Source of the DNA: Caldivirga maquilingensis IC-167
GTDB lineage: Archaea; Thermoproteota; Thermoprotei; Thermoproteales; Thermocladiaceae
Direction: 5' to 3'
DNA length: 32,000 nt
NCBI RefSeq assembly: GCF_000018305.1
Contig: NC_009954.1
Coordinates: 1,920,001-1,952,000 of the forward strand
The notes below the pieces were generated by a model, which was given only the letters and a program-made list of their open reading frames with translations, ran no database searches and had not been told where the DNA came from. The position numbers and the translations under genes are program-made. Below are positions 7,975 through 16,493 of the stretch, one piece after another; positions within the stretch are counted from its first letter, which is position 1, and every line of letters starts with the position of its first letter.

Positions 7975-9219
7975 ATGATTGTTAGGATTAATAAGTCGGT
8001 GGCGTTTGGCTCAGTGAAGGCTCCTAGATCAAAGAGCTGGGCTATTAGGCTAATATTATTATCAGCGATTAGTGATGAGGAGACCACAATCTGCAGTATA
8101 CCGGATTCTGATGATACTGAAGCCGCCTTAAGGATGATTGAGGTCTTAGGATCAAAGGTGATTAGGCAGGGTAACTGCATTAGGGTAATTCCTAATTTAA
8201 GGCAATGCGGCGGCTACGTCAATGTCGGTGGCTCCGGAACGGTGATGAGGCTTGGAGTAGCCTTGGCGTCATCATGTAGAAACCCAGTGATTATTGATGG
8301 TGATGAAACCCTTAAGAGGAGGCCGATACGGGAATTACTGGAATCATTAAGGAGCCTGGGGGTTAATGTGAATGGTGATTCATTACCAGTGGCCATTAAT
8401 GGACCAGTTAAGGGTAATTATGTTGAGATTAGGGGTGATTTAACAAGCCAGTATATTTCAGGGTTAATAATGCTTGGCCTGGTATCAGGTATTACTATAC
8501 GTGTAATTGGTGACTTAGTGTCTAGGCAGTACGTGGATTTGACTAGGAGGATTATTGAGGAATCAGGGTGTAGTGTGGGGGTAAGTAATGATGTAATTAC
8601 TGTTAATGAATGCATACCGAGGATTAGTTTAAGTAATGTGCCTGGTGATTACGCATTGTCAGGATTCTACACGGCCTTAGCCTTAGCCACGGGTGGATTA
8701 GTGACTGTAACTGGGTTACCGAAACCACTTGGTTACGGTGATGATTCACTAGTGAATATATTTAGCAATGCAGGTGCACGCAGCGTCTTCAGTAACGGTG
8801 ATTGGAGTGTTGAGGGTGGAGGTGAATTAAGGGGTATTGTGGTTGATTTAAAGGATTCCCCTGACCTAGCCCCAGTGGTAGCATCAATCGCACCCTTTGC
8901 CTCGGGTGAAACGGTGATAACTGGGGTGAGGCATCTTGCCTTTAAGGAGAGTAATAGATTGGAGACAATATCAGATTCCTTAAGGGCGTTTGGTGTTAAT
9001 GTTAACCATGGTGATGACTCCTTGAGGATAAGTGGGTCAATAACCCATGGTGCATTAATCAAGTGTCCAAACGACCACAGGATAGCAATGATGAGTGGTG
9101 TAGTTGCCGCAGGTTCTAACGGTGAGTCAATTATTCATAATGCTGAGTGTGTTAATAAAAGTAATAGATTATTCTGGAGGGACTTGGTGAAGCTTGGAGT
9201 TAAATTAACCATTAATTAA
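7975..9219 (+). CDS. aroA: 3-phosphoshikimate 1-carboxyvinyltransferase (EPSP synthase)
   Basis: Motifs KSWAIRLILLSAI, GGSGTVMRL, LKRRPIRELLESLRSLGV, DLTSQYISGLIMLG and NDHRIAMM are the characteristic EPSP synthase motifs. Length is 414 aa. Confidence 0.92.
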   Translation: MIVRINKSVAFGSVKAPRSKSWAIRLILLSAISDEETTICSIPDSDDTEAALRMIEVLGSKVIRQGNCIRVIPNLRQCGGYVNVGGSGTVMRLGVALASSCRNPVIIDGDETLKRRPIRELLESLRSLGVNVNGDSLPVAINGPVKGNYVEIRGDLTSQYISGLIMLGLVSGITIRVIGDLVSRQYVDLTRRIIEESGCSVGVSNDVITVNECIPRISLSNVPGDYALSGFYTALALATGGLVTVTGLPKPLGYGDDSLVNIFSNAGARSVFSNGDWSVEGGGELRGIVVDLKDSPDLAPVVASIAPFASGETVITGVRHLAFKESNRLETISDSLRAFGVNVNHGDDSLRISGSITHGALIKCPNDHRIAMMSGVVAAGSNGESIIHNAECVNKSNRLFWRDLVKLGVKLTIN

Positions 9220-9227
9220 ACATAGGG

Positions 9228-9274
9228 TCAGTTGCGAGAAGAATCCTCACCCATCAGTACTGCAGACTCATCAC
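9228..9274 (-). ncRNA. Candidate C/D-box sRNA
   Basis: Minus strand reads GUGAUGA(C)-GUCUGCAGUA(10 nt)-CUGA(D')-UGG-GUGAGGA(C', 1 mismatch)-UUCUUCUCGCAA(12 nt)-CUGA(D). It lies between aroA and usp. A TATA-like TTTAAATT (plus 9298-9305) sits about 25 nt upstream. Confidence 0.45.
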
Positions 9275-9327
9275 TATTACCCAGTTGCGTGAAGATTAAT
9301 TTAAAGACACCCTCTTTAAGTGAGGGT

Positions 9328-9756
9328 TCACTTAACTATTAATACGGGTTTACTTGAATGCCTTGCAACCTTCTCTGATACTGAACCCAATAGGAACCTT
9401 GCTAATCCCCTTAATCCTCTTGAGCCGACTACTATTAAGTCCACGTTCAATTTATCCGCGTTTTCAAGTATCTTATCGGCGGCATTACCCCTAGCTAATA
9501 TGATGTCAGCATTAACACCTGCTTCAGATGCCTTAGCCTTCGCCTTATTTAATATTTCATTACCGATTTTAACCATGTCATCAATCACATTAACCATAAT
9601 CGGCATTGTTGATGCAGCCATAGCCACCTTATCCTCCTCAACCACGTGAATTATGTATAGGTTTGAGTTAAACGCCTTAGCCAACCCTATAGCCACCTCA
9701 AGGGCCTTATCCGAGTACTGGGAGCCATCCGTGGCGACCAATATTTTACTAAACAT
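9328..9756 (-). CDS. Universal stress protein (UspA family)
   Basis: KILVATDGSQYSDKALEVA...LYIIHVV...DLIVVGSRGLRGLARFLLGSVSEKVARHSSKPVLIVK is the canonical Usp fold signature. Confidence 0.9.
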   Translation of the reverse strand: MFSKILVATDGSQYSDKALEVAIGLAKAFNSNLYIIHVVEEDKVAMAASTMPIMVNVIDDMVKIGNEILNKAKAKASEAGVNADIILARGNAADKILENADKLNVDLIVVGSRGLRGLARFLLGSVSEKVARHSSKPVLIVK

Positions 9757-9826
9757 AATTCTGTAGACTACTCTACTCTTTAAAAGGATAGGCTCTATGC
9801 AGTTTTAATTAAGTGAAGTCTTAAGT

Positions 9827-10312
9827 ATGTTTATAAACCACCACCCCCTTAATAAGTACTGGCTCATGTGCCTAATAGACAGGATAGATGTGGAGACCCA
9901 TGCGCATGCCACGGAGGATTACGATAAGGTTATTACTGCTTTAACTAACTTACTTGGGTTAACAGTGATTAAGCTTATTGAGACTAATTCACTTAGAGGT
10001 CATTATAATAATCCAATTAAGGTTTTCAAACTTACCTTAAGGTTAAGGAACTGTAGTAATGATAACTTGGTTAAGAGTATTGCAGCAAAGTTATCTGATG
10101 ATGATAAGAGGATTCTCAGGATTTCACTGGATTCAAGGATTAACGGTAATAAGCTTTACCTACGCTTCGATAAGCAGAGGCTTTATTTAAATACTGTGGC
10201 ATTAAGTGATAGTGATGATGTTGTTAAGGTTATTATACATGTTAACCCAATTAAATTAAGGGATAGTAATATGTTTAATATATTAAGGGAATTGGGCTTA
10301 TTAATCGATTAA
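9827..10312 (+). CDS. Archaeal RNA-binding protein of the DUF54/COG1325 type (predicted exosome-associated)
   Basis: The N-terminal IDVETHAHATEDYDKVITALTNLLG resembles the xTFVHPTEDxEKVxxAL motif I recall for this family. The true start may be M14 at 9866. Confidence 0.5.
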   Translation: MFINHHPLNKYWLMCLIDRIDVETHAHATEDYDKVITALTNLLGLTVIKLIETNSLRGHYNNPIKVFKLTLRLRNCSNDNLVKSIAAKLSDDDKRILRISLDSRINGNKLYLRFDKQRLYLNTVALSDSDDVVKVIIHVNPIKLRDSNMFNILRELGLLID

Positions 10313-11955
10313 GAATCCTCATTAATGTTAATTGACATTGGGCGTTTACTTAAGTCCCATGCAGCCGAGGCTAATTTACGAATGAATTCCTCACTGTACT
10401 CACCTATTTGCCCGAGCTTAGCCTTATACCTACTTAACACCATGTTGAAGGCGAATAAGCTTATGCGCCTCACAATGAACTTAGCTATTATGTTCTCCAT
10501 ACTACCCACTATTAACTCCACGGACCTTATGGCCTCCTCCATTGATTTAATTAATGCCTTAAGTATGAATTCCCTTCTAAGTGGATCATCAATCATCTTA
10601 TCCAGTATGGTGAAGTCTCTTCTTCTGAGGGCACCCATTGGTATGAATGGTAGCGGGAATGTAAGTATCCTGTACTTCTTCAGCCTATCAAGGAGCTCAA
10701 TACTGGCTGCAACATCCTCATCCCTCTCCCCCGGTAAATTAAGTATCATAGTACCCACCACAACCCACCTATTGTCATTAAGTATACCAACTGCCTGCTC
10801 CACAATGTCAGGGTACTGCCTTGGCGTGAATGGTTTAGCCTTACCAACCATAAGCATGTTAAGTAACCTCGGTGACCCAGTCTCAATACCCATTTCAATA
10901 AAACTCCATTCACCACCCTCATTCATGTACTCCCCCACGAACTTAACCAAGTCAGGTGCCTGAACAACCACTGCAGCTGTTGTGAAGTCGGTGTGCAACC
11001 TGTATTCATCCCCATAGCGTTTAATCAACTTATACGCCTTAACCACTAGATCCTTAACCTTATCTGGATTAGGGTCAATGGACTTAGCCCCATATCTAAA
11101 GAATTCCTCACTATGAAGTGTAATACTCTTATGACCCCCCTTCTCAATGTTAATAATAATCTCCTTATCAATGTGGCCTTCAAATGGGAATGATGAAATC
11201 ATTCCATTTAAAGTAGGGGTACAGAATTCACAACCCCTACCGCAACCCCTAGTGACCTCAACTAAGCCACCTATTGATGGTGTGACTATGGTTGGTACAT
11301 CCTCAATGCTTGATGGCCTACTGTTAACTACCCTACCCCTAATATCCTCACCCTTAAGTATCCTCTCAAATAGCATTGGGCCATAGTTCTCGAAGCTACC
11401 CTCATACACTATATCAATACCCAACTTCTGCCAAGCCCCAGTATCCACCAGTTGCCAAGCCGCTGGTCCACCAACCAGAAGCTTAATATGATCCCTATGC
11501 GCCTTTATGGCAGGATGCTCAATAACCTCAAGGAACGACCTAGCTATATACGGCATACCTCTGTATGGTAAGTCAGCCAGCTTAAGGATCCAGTACAATA
11601 TGCCTGAACCGTAGCTAAGGCCTAGGGCATCCATGGTGTAGATGCCGACTATCCTCGTCCTTGGGCCAATAACCTTATGAAGCTTATATGGGCTAGCTAT
11701 TATTACGTCATCACGGTTAAAGCCGTAGTTCAGTAATGATGCCTCAACCTTAGCTAAACCATACGGTGCCCTCTTAACCCTACCCTCCCTATCACTGCTT
11801 ACATTAAAGAACCAGTGCGCTATCCTCTTCCTAAAGTAGTCATCAGGTATTGCGCTGGCAAAACCCACTACTGATGAACCATATGTATCACTTGCAGTAG
11901 CTATCTCACTCGTTAGAACTATTGGGTAACCATAATTGCTTGACCCAGATTTCAT
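10309..11955 (-). CDS. B12-binding-domain radical SAM protein (substrate unknown)
   Basis: A CX3CX2C cluster motif occurs in VEVTRGCGRGCEFCTP. The N-terminal region is Rossmann-like (IVGIYTMDALGLSYGSG, LLVGGPAAWQ), typical of class-B/B12-binding radical SAM enzymes. Confidence 0.75.
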   Translation of the reverse strand: MKSGSSNYGYPIVLTSEIATASDTYGSSVVGFASAIPDDYFRKRIAHWFFNVSSDREGRVKRAPYGLAKVEASLLNYGFNRDDVIIASPYKLHKVIGPRTRIVGIYTMDALGLSYGSGILYWILKLADLPYRGMPYIARSFLEVIEHPAIKAHRDHIKLLVGGPAAWQLVDTGAWQKLGIDIVYEGSFENYGPMLFERILKGEDIRGRVVNSRPSSIEDVPTIVTPSIGGLVEVTRGCGRGCEFCTPTLNGMISSFPFEGHIDKEIIINIEKGGHKSITLHSEEFFRYGAKSIDPNPDKVKDLVVKAYKLIKRYGDEYRLHTDFTTAAVVVQAPDLVKFVGEYMNEGGEWSFIEMGIETGSPRLLNMLMVGKAKPFTPRQYPDIVEQAVGILNDNRWVVVGTMILNLPGERDEDVAASIELLDRLKKYRILTFPLPFIPMGALRRRDFTILDKMIDDPLRREFILKALIKSMEEAIRSVELIVGSMENIIAKFIVRRISLFAFNMVLSRYKAKLGQIGEYSEEFIRKLASAAWDLSKRPMSININEDS

Positions 11956-12074
11956 TACCCCGACTATATTGACCTATATATTTAAGCCTTTCCATGATGC
12001 TCAAATCCACTTATTACGATTACTGACGAATACATTAACGTTAATCAACTAATGCCATGGAGGGATCAAAAGAT

Positions 12075-12083
12075 TTATAAAAT
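12075..12083 (+). promoter_or_regulatory. TATA box upstream of the zinc-ribbon gene
   Basis: TTTATAAAA is centred about 25 nt upstream of ATG12104. Confidence 0.45.
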
Positions 12084-12103
12084 AGGGAGGTATGGCTTAA
12101 CCC

Positions 12104-12346
12104 ATGTCTGAGGAAGGATGGCAACTACCAGAGGACTGGGAGTACTCTGGTGGCGTACCTGAGAGAATACTGAAGCTTAGAGCTAAGTGCCCATACTGTG
12201 GCCATGTGTTTGAACTTGAATTAGCTGAATCATGGTACAACATAGGTATGTCTGTGGCATGCCCGAAGTGTGGTAAGGAATTCTCAGTAAGCCAATACAG
12301 TGAGGTGTTAGGTGAAGTTAAGCCTAAGAAGCAGCAGGCTAAATGA
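12104..12346 (+). CDS. Small zinc-ribbon protein
   Basis: 80 aa with two CxxC pairs (CPYCGHVF ... CPKCGKEF). A good TATA box sits at leaderless spacing. Confidence 0.6.
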   Translation: MSEEGWQLPEDWEYSGGVPERILKLRAKCPYCGHVFELELAESWYNIGMSVACPKCGKEFSVSQYSEVLGEVKPKKQQAK

Positions 12347-12385
12347 GATACTTAACACATTGTGTTTAAGTTAAAAATAGCGTGT

Positions 12386-12673
12386 TTAACCCGGGACAAC
12401 GAACCTGTAAACCTCAATTTCACCGGCGGTGGGGGATTTCCTAATTATCCTAATTATATCCCCTGGCTTGGCACCCAGGCTTCTAACCAATGGATCAGTA
12501 CTCCTAATCCAGGGTAGTTGCCATGGCGCTGCATTAAGTCTCCTAAGTAGCGCCTTTACATTATCCTTAGGCACCACCTCGGCCTTAGGCATTAATTCAT
12601 GATTAAGTACCTTCTCTAAAACCTCCTCAGCCTTAGTCTTACGCTTCCTCTCTGTTGTACTCTTCCTAGGCAT
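12386..12673 (-). CDS. rpoH: DNA-directed RNA polymerase subunit H (Rpo5/RpoH)
   Basis: [10 protein letters not shown]...[43 protein letters not shown] closely matches the conserved crenarchaeal RpoH sequence. A basic ~25-aa N-terminal extension is present. Confidence 0.93.
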   Translation of the reverse strand: MPRKSTTERKRKTKAEEVLEKVLNHELMPKAEVVPKDNVKALLRRLNAAPWQLPWIRSTDPLVRSLGAKPGDIIRIIRKSPTAGEIEVYRFVVPG

Positions 12674-12675
12674 GC

Positions 12676-13206
12676 CTACTCAACCTTAATCTTAGTACCC
12701 CTACTACCCTTATTCTTCTTCGGTAATTCTATTGTTAAGACCCCATTCTTGTATGTTGCCTTAGCCTTACTTGCATCAACCTCAGTGGGTAATTGAAGCT
12801 CCTTCCTATAACTCCTATCACTCCCCTTAGCCTCAACGATGAGCGTCCTCCCATCTGGTTCAATGCTGATATTTATGTCATCCTTATCAACACCCGGCAT
12901 ATCCATTATTACCTTAACTGTATCCTCCTCCTCATAAACATCAGTTAATGGTTCAGATTCCTCACTAACCAGTGGCCTGCCCCATGGCCTAACATTACCG
13001 AACTCCTTAATCTTAGGCTTACCATCAGGACCCATTGTGATTTCGAAGCCGTAGTAGTAGACGTTACTCTTCCCCTTCTTTGAACCCTGCTTCTCACTTA
13101 GGGGTCTTAAAGTATCCTCAATCTCCTTCTCAACCTCCCTTTCAAATTCCTCAACAAACTTCCTCCATTTTCTAAACCATTCATCAAAGTCCTCAAACCA
13201 AGACAT
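12676..13206 (-). CDS. Small heat-shock protein (Hsp20/alpha-crystallin family)
   Basis: The alpha-crystallin domain reads [40 protein letters not shown]...[17 protein letters not shown]. The stop lies 2 nt before the rpoH ATG. Confidence 0.9.
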   Translation of the reverse strand: MSWFEDFDEWFRKWRKFVEEFEREVEKEIEDTLRPLSEKQGSKKGKSNVYYYGFEITMGPDGKPKIKEFGNVRPWGRPLVSEESEPLTDVYEEEDTVKVIMDMPGVDKDDINISIEPDGRTLIVEAKGSDRSYRKELQLPTEVDASKAKATYKNGVLTIELPKKNKGSRGTKIKVE

Positions 13207-13265
13207 ATTAATCTCAATTGAGTTGGTCTTTAAAAACCTATGCCCTTAATCAGAACTAAGTAGTG

Positions 13266-14072
13266 TTAATTAATTAACGCTGGAATAGGCTTAGTGAGTA
13301 TTAAGTAACCCCAATGCTCATTAACGTAATCAACGTAAGGCCCCTCCTCACCGGTTTTAAAAACCGCGTAGATTGATGGACCATTACCACTCACACCAGC
13401 AGCCAAGGCCCCCTTACCTAAGGCTTCACCGATTGCGCTTAATTGCTTAATGTAGCCAAGTACCTTAGCCACCATAATACCATTAATTGTCGCAGCCTCC
13501 CATAACCTACCCTCCAACACCCAATGCACTAAATCATGGTAAATACTGCTTAAACTCTTTAAGGCATCAACATTAATGGCCTTCTTACCCTCCTTAAACC
13601 CAGTCACAACTACCACTACATCATTAGGTGGGTTAATATGCTTAATCACCTTCATAAGCCTATTATCAGTCAACACTACTCCCCCTAGCAGTGATGCTGA
13701 TGCATCATCAAATGCCCCTGTTATTGATGAACCATGAGCCTTAGTTGCCTCAGCGGCAATTCTAATTACATTAATTTTACTTAACCCAACCTTACTTACC
13801 TCTGCTAACGCGTAGGTTACCCCAACCGCCACCGCACTATTACTCTTTAAACCACTAGCCATTGGTACATTACTATTAACCCTAATACAGTACTCCTCCC
13901 TAACACCTAATTTCGCTGAGGCGTACTTAACTATGAATGATGTGAATTCATCCATCGAGCACCCACCCCTACTTACATTAACCCTAACAGGTAGGTCAAT
14001 AGCCATAGTGCCTCCTCTCAATGACGGTATTGCATTAATTATTGAGACACCCCCGTAGGTCGTGTACTCCAC
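13266..14072 (-). CDS. aroK: Archaeal GHMP-type shikimate kinase
   Basis: GGVSIINAIP, the GHMP motif PMASGLKSNSAVAVGV, ITGAFDDASASLLGG and AAGVSGNGPSIYAVF parallel M. jannaschii shikimate kinase as I recall it. GTG start. Confidence 0.88.
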   Translation of the reverse strand: MEYTTYGGVSIINAIPSLRGGTMAIDLPVRVNVSRGGCSMDEFTSFIVKYASAKLGVREEYCIRVNSNVPMASGLKSNSAVAVGVTYALAEVSKVGLSKINVIRIAAEATKAHGSSITGAFDDASASLLGGVVLTDNRLMKVIKHINPPNDVVVVVTGFKEGKKAINVDALKSLSSIYHDLVHWVLEGRLWEAATINGIMVAKVLGYIKQLSAIGEALGKGALAAGVSGNGPSIYAVFKTGEEGPYVDYVNEHWGYLILTKPIPALIN

Positions 14073-14118
14073 TGTGAAGTTTCTGCGGGTTAGTTTAAAA
14101 GGTTGCTAAAGGGCGTTA

Positions 14119-15135
14119 ATGTTAATGAAGATTAATGAGGGTAAGAATTACGTTGAGTTAACGGTGGAGAGGGTTGAGGACCTATTCATACTTTACCTCA
14201 TACTTAAGCCAGGTGACCTAGTTTACTCCTGGACTGTTAGGGAGGTTAGGGGTAGGAGTGGGGAGAGGTTTGGTAGGGAGAAGGTTTACCTAGGTGTTAG
14301 GGTTAGGGATCTTGAATTCCATGAGCCCAGGGGTGTTTTGAGAATTAGGGGGATTATTGAGGATTACCCTGAGTGGCTTGAGGGGGCTGGTGGAAGTTAC
14401 CATAGTCTTGAGGTGGGGATTGGTTCAACGTTAAAGATCATGAGGAGCATCAATAGGGATTACCTTGAGCAGTTAATCAACACTCTCAGCTCCGGTATCA
14501 AGGTCCTCATTGTATCAGTATCCATTGAGGAGACAACGGTGGCGTTGGCCACTAGGCTTGGTGTAAGTATTATAGCAACAATCAGTAATAATTATATTCA
14601 AGGTAAGGAGAGCGGTGGGTCGTTAATTAACCAGAGGTACATTGATGATGTCTCTAAGGTTGTTAGGCAGTTGACTGAAGTACATAAACCCAATGCCCTA
14701 ATAATAGCCACCCAGGGAATGCTAATGAGCAGTATCCCTGATATTGAGGTTAAGGGAGTACCCGTTGAGAGAGTCATAGTATCTGAGGGTGGTTTAAGCG
14801 GCATCTACGAGGTTGAGAGGAGGGGTTACTTGGATAAGGTTGGCCTTAAGTTAGGTTATGATACTGTTAATAGGATTATGGAGGAGTTAAGCAAGGGCAG
14901 TGGCTTAGTGGCCCTGGGTGATGAGATTTATGAGGCTTTAAGTATGGGTGCCGTTGACTCATTAGTCATGCTTGATAAACTCCTAATAGAGAAGGCTGAG
15001 GAATCCAGACGCATCATAGATGATTGCATTAGGACTAGGGCTAAATTAATAATAGTACCTGATGGTAGTGAGGCAGGTAAGCTGCTTAATGGGTTAGGGG
15101 GGTTGGCTGCATTACTTAGGTTCAGGATTAAGTAG
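14119..15135 (+). CDS. pelA: Pelota/Dom34 (mRNA surveillance, ribosome rescue)
   Basis: MKINEGKNYVELTVERVEDLFILYLILKPGDLVYSWTVREV... is the typical Pelota N-terminus. The length (~336 aa) and eRF1-like C-terminal part also fit. The start may be ATG14125. Confidence 0.88.
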   Translation: MLMKINEGKNYVELTVERVEDLFILYLILKPGDLVYSWTVREVRGRSGERFGREKVYLGVRVRDLEFHEPRGVLRIRGIIEDYPEWLEGAGGSYHSLEVGIGSTLKIMRSINRDYLEQLINTLSSGIKVLIVSVSIEETTVALATRLGVSIIATISNNYIQGKESGGSLINQRYIDDVSKVVRQLTEVHKPNALIIATQGMLMSSIPDIEVKGVPVERVIVSEGGLSGIYEVERRGYLDKVGLKLGYDTVNRIMEELSKGSGLVALGDEIYEALSMGAVDSLVMLDKLLIEKAEESRRIIDDCIRTRAKLIIVPDGSEAGKLLNGLGGLAALLRFRIK

Positions 15136-15186
15136 TGTACTGGATAAGTGATTTAAACGCGTAATTAAGGCTAGTGGCGACCCAGT

Positions 15187-15483
15187 ATGGTGAATGTGAG
15201 TTATGGTAAGCTTAAGAGAATTGCCACTAAGCACCCGGCCTACAGGATGATTGAGAATGGGGATAACATTGAGGTATTATTCTACCCCCCAACGGAGGAG
15301 TCTGCATCCTCAACATCAGAGTTCGAGAGCAGCTACGGTGAAACAGTCATTAGGGTGATAGGGTTAAGGAGGGGTGATGTTGTTGAAATAACTGATGCCT
15401 TCGTTGAATCTGGGGGCACTAGGAGGAGGTTAAGCCTAGATGAGTTAAGTTTCTGGGTTAATGAAATTGAATGGCTTGCTTAA
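15187..15483 (+). CDS. Hypothetical protein (98 aa, acidic)
   Basis: Isolated ORF with normal codon usage. No motif recognised. Confidence 0.45.
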   Translation: MVNVSYGKLKRIATKHPAYRMIENGDNIEVLFYPPTEESASSTSEFESSYGETVIRVIGLRRGDVVEITDAFVESGGTRRRLSLDELSFWVNEIEWLA

Positions 15484-15524
15484 ATGAGGGGTAATTAATC
15501 ATTAATAAGTTAAGGGCATTGTTT

Positions 15525-16493
15525 TTAACCAAAGGCCTTAAGCAGCCTTGTTAAGTAATCCCAGTAACTATCTATTTCAGCCTCCATGGCCTTAATCTCA
15601 TCCTCCTTCAAATGGGCGAACCTACCCTGCGGCTTAATGTAATTTATGAGAGGCTTCCTCTTCGACTTATCAATATGCGCATTACTGGGTGGATTAAGCC
15701 TAAACTTACCGTGATCCCACTCGTAAAGTGGGAACACCCCAGTATCCACGGCTAGCCTAGCTATCTCAACAGTCTTACTCTCATCAATCCTCCAACCTGG
15801 TGGGCATGGGGCAAATACGTGCAGGAACGCTGGCCCTTCATCTAATGCGTCAAGAGCCTTCTTAACCTTACTCATGAAGTCAATTGGATACGCTATACTT
15901 GCTGTGGCGGCATAGGGTACACGGTGAGCTATTACAATACTCATTATGTCCTTCTTACTCTGAACCTTACCCCTAATCTTACTGCCCACCGGTGACGTAG
16001 TAGTCCACGCGAAGCGTGGTGTACCGCCTGAACGCTGTATACCGGTGTTCATGTATGCCTCATTATCGTAAAGCACGTATAATACACCATGCCCCCTCTC
16101 CAACATTCCACTTAATGCTTGAATACCAATATCGTAGGTCCCACCATCACCAGCTAGGGCAATTACCTTAGCCTTAGTGTTAGCTATACCCTTCCTATTA
16201 AGCGCCTTAATAGCCGCCTCAATCCCTGATGCAACAGCGGCAGCATTCTCAAAGGCCACGTGAATATACGGTACAGCCCAGGCTGTGTATGGGTATTGAG
16301 TCGAGGTTACTTCAATGCAACCAGTGGCGTTGGCTATTATTGTGTTTGGTCCAGCTGCCTTAAGCATAAGCCTAACTGCCAGCGATGGGCCGCAGCCGGC
16401 GCATGTTAATTGGCCCGGCCCAAAATACTCCTCCTTAGGTACATCCCATATGGTTCTTATACCAACCTTAACTTGCTTAGCCATCCCCATCAC
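15525..16493 (-). CDS. 2-oxoacid:ferredoxin oxidoreductase, beta (TPP-binding) subunit (POR/VOR type)
   Basis: N-terminal CAGCG cluster-ligand motif and TPP motif GDGGTYDIG...NEAYMNTG. The start overlaps the stop of the alpha subunit gene. Substrate (pyruvate or 2-ketoisovalerate) cannot be decided from sequence by eye. Confidence 0.88.
   Translation of the reverse strand: MMGMAKQVKVGIRTIWDVPKEEYFGPGQLTCAGCGPSLAVRLMLKAAGPNTIIANATGCIEVTSTQYPYTAWAVPYIHVAFENAAAVASGIEAAIKALNRKGIANTKAKVIALAGDGGTYDIGIQALSGMLERGHGVLYVLYDNEAYMNTGIQRSGGTPRFAWTTTSPVGSKIRGKVQSKKDIMSIVIAHRVPYAATASIAYPIDFMSKVKKALDALDEGPAFLHVFAPCPPGWRIDESKTVEIARLAVDTGVFPLYEWDHGKFRLNPPSNAHIDKSKRKPLINYIKPQGRFAHLKEDEIKAMEAEIDSYWDYLTRLLKAFG

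Noticed and set aside
8072-8120. GTGATGA-12 nt-CTGC...CTGATGATACTGA inside aroA, which looks like C/D boxes.
   Set aside because: It lies wholly within the well-supported aroA reading frame, where it encodes SDEETTICSIPDSDDTEA. The C'-D spacing is only 2 nt.
11994-12030. AUGAUGC followed 22 nt later by CUGA, in the spacer upstream of the zinc-ribbon gene.
   Set aside because: The C box is imperfect, there are no internal C' or D' boxes, and the total length (~33 nt) is too short for an archaeal C/D sRNA.
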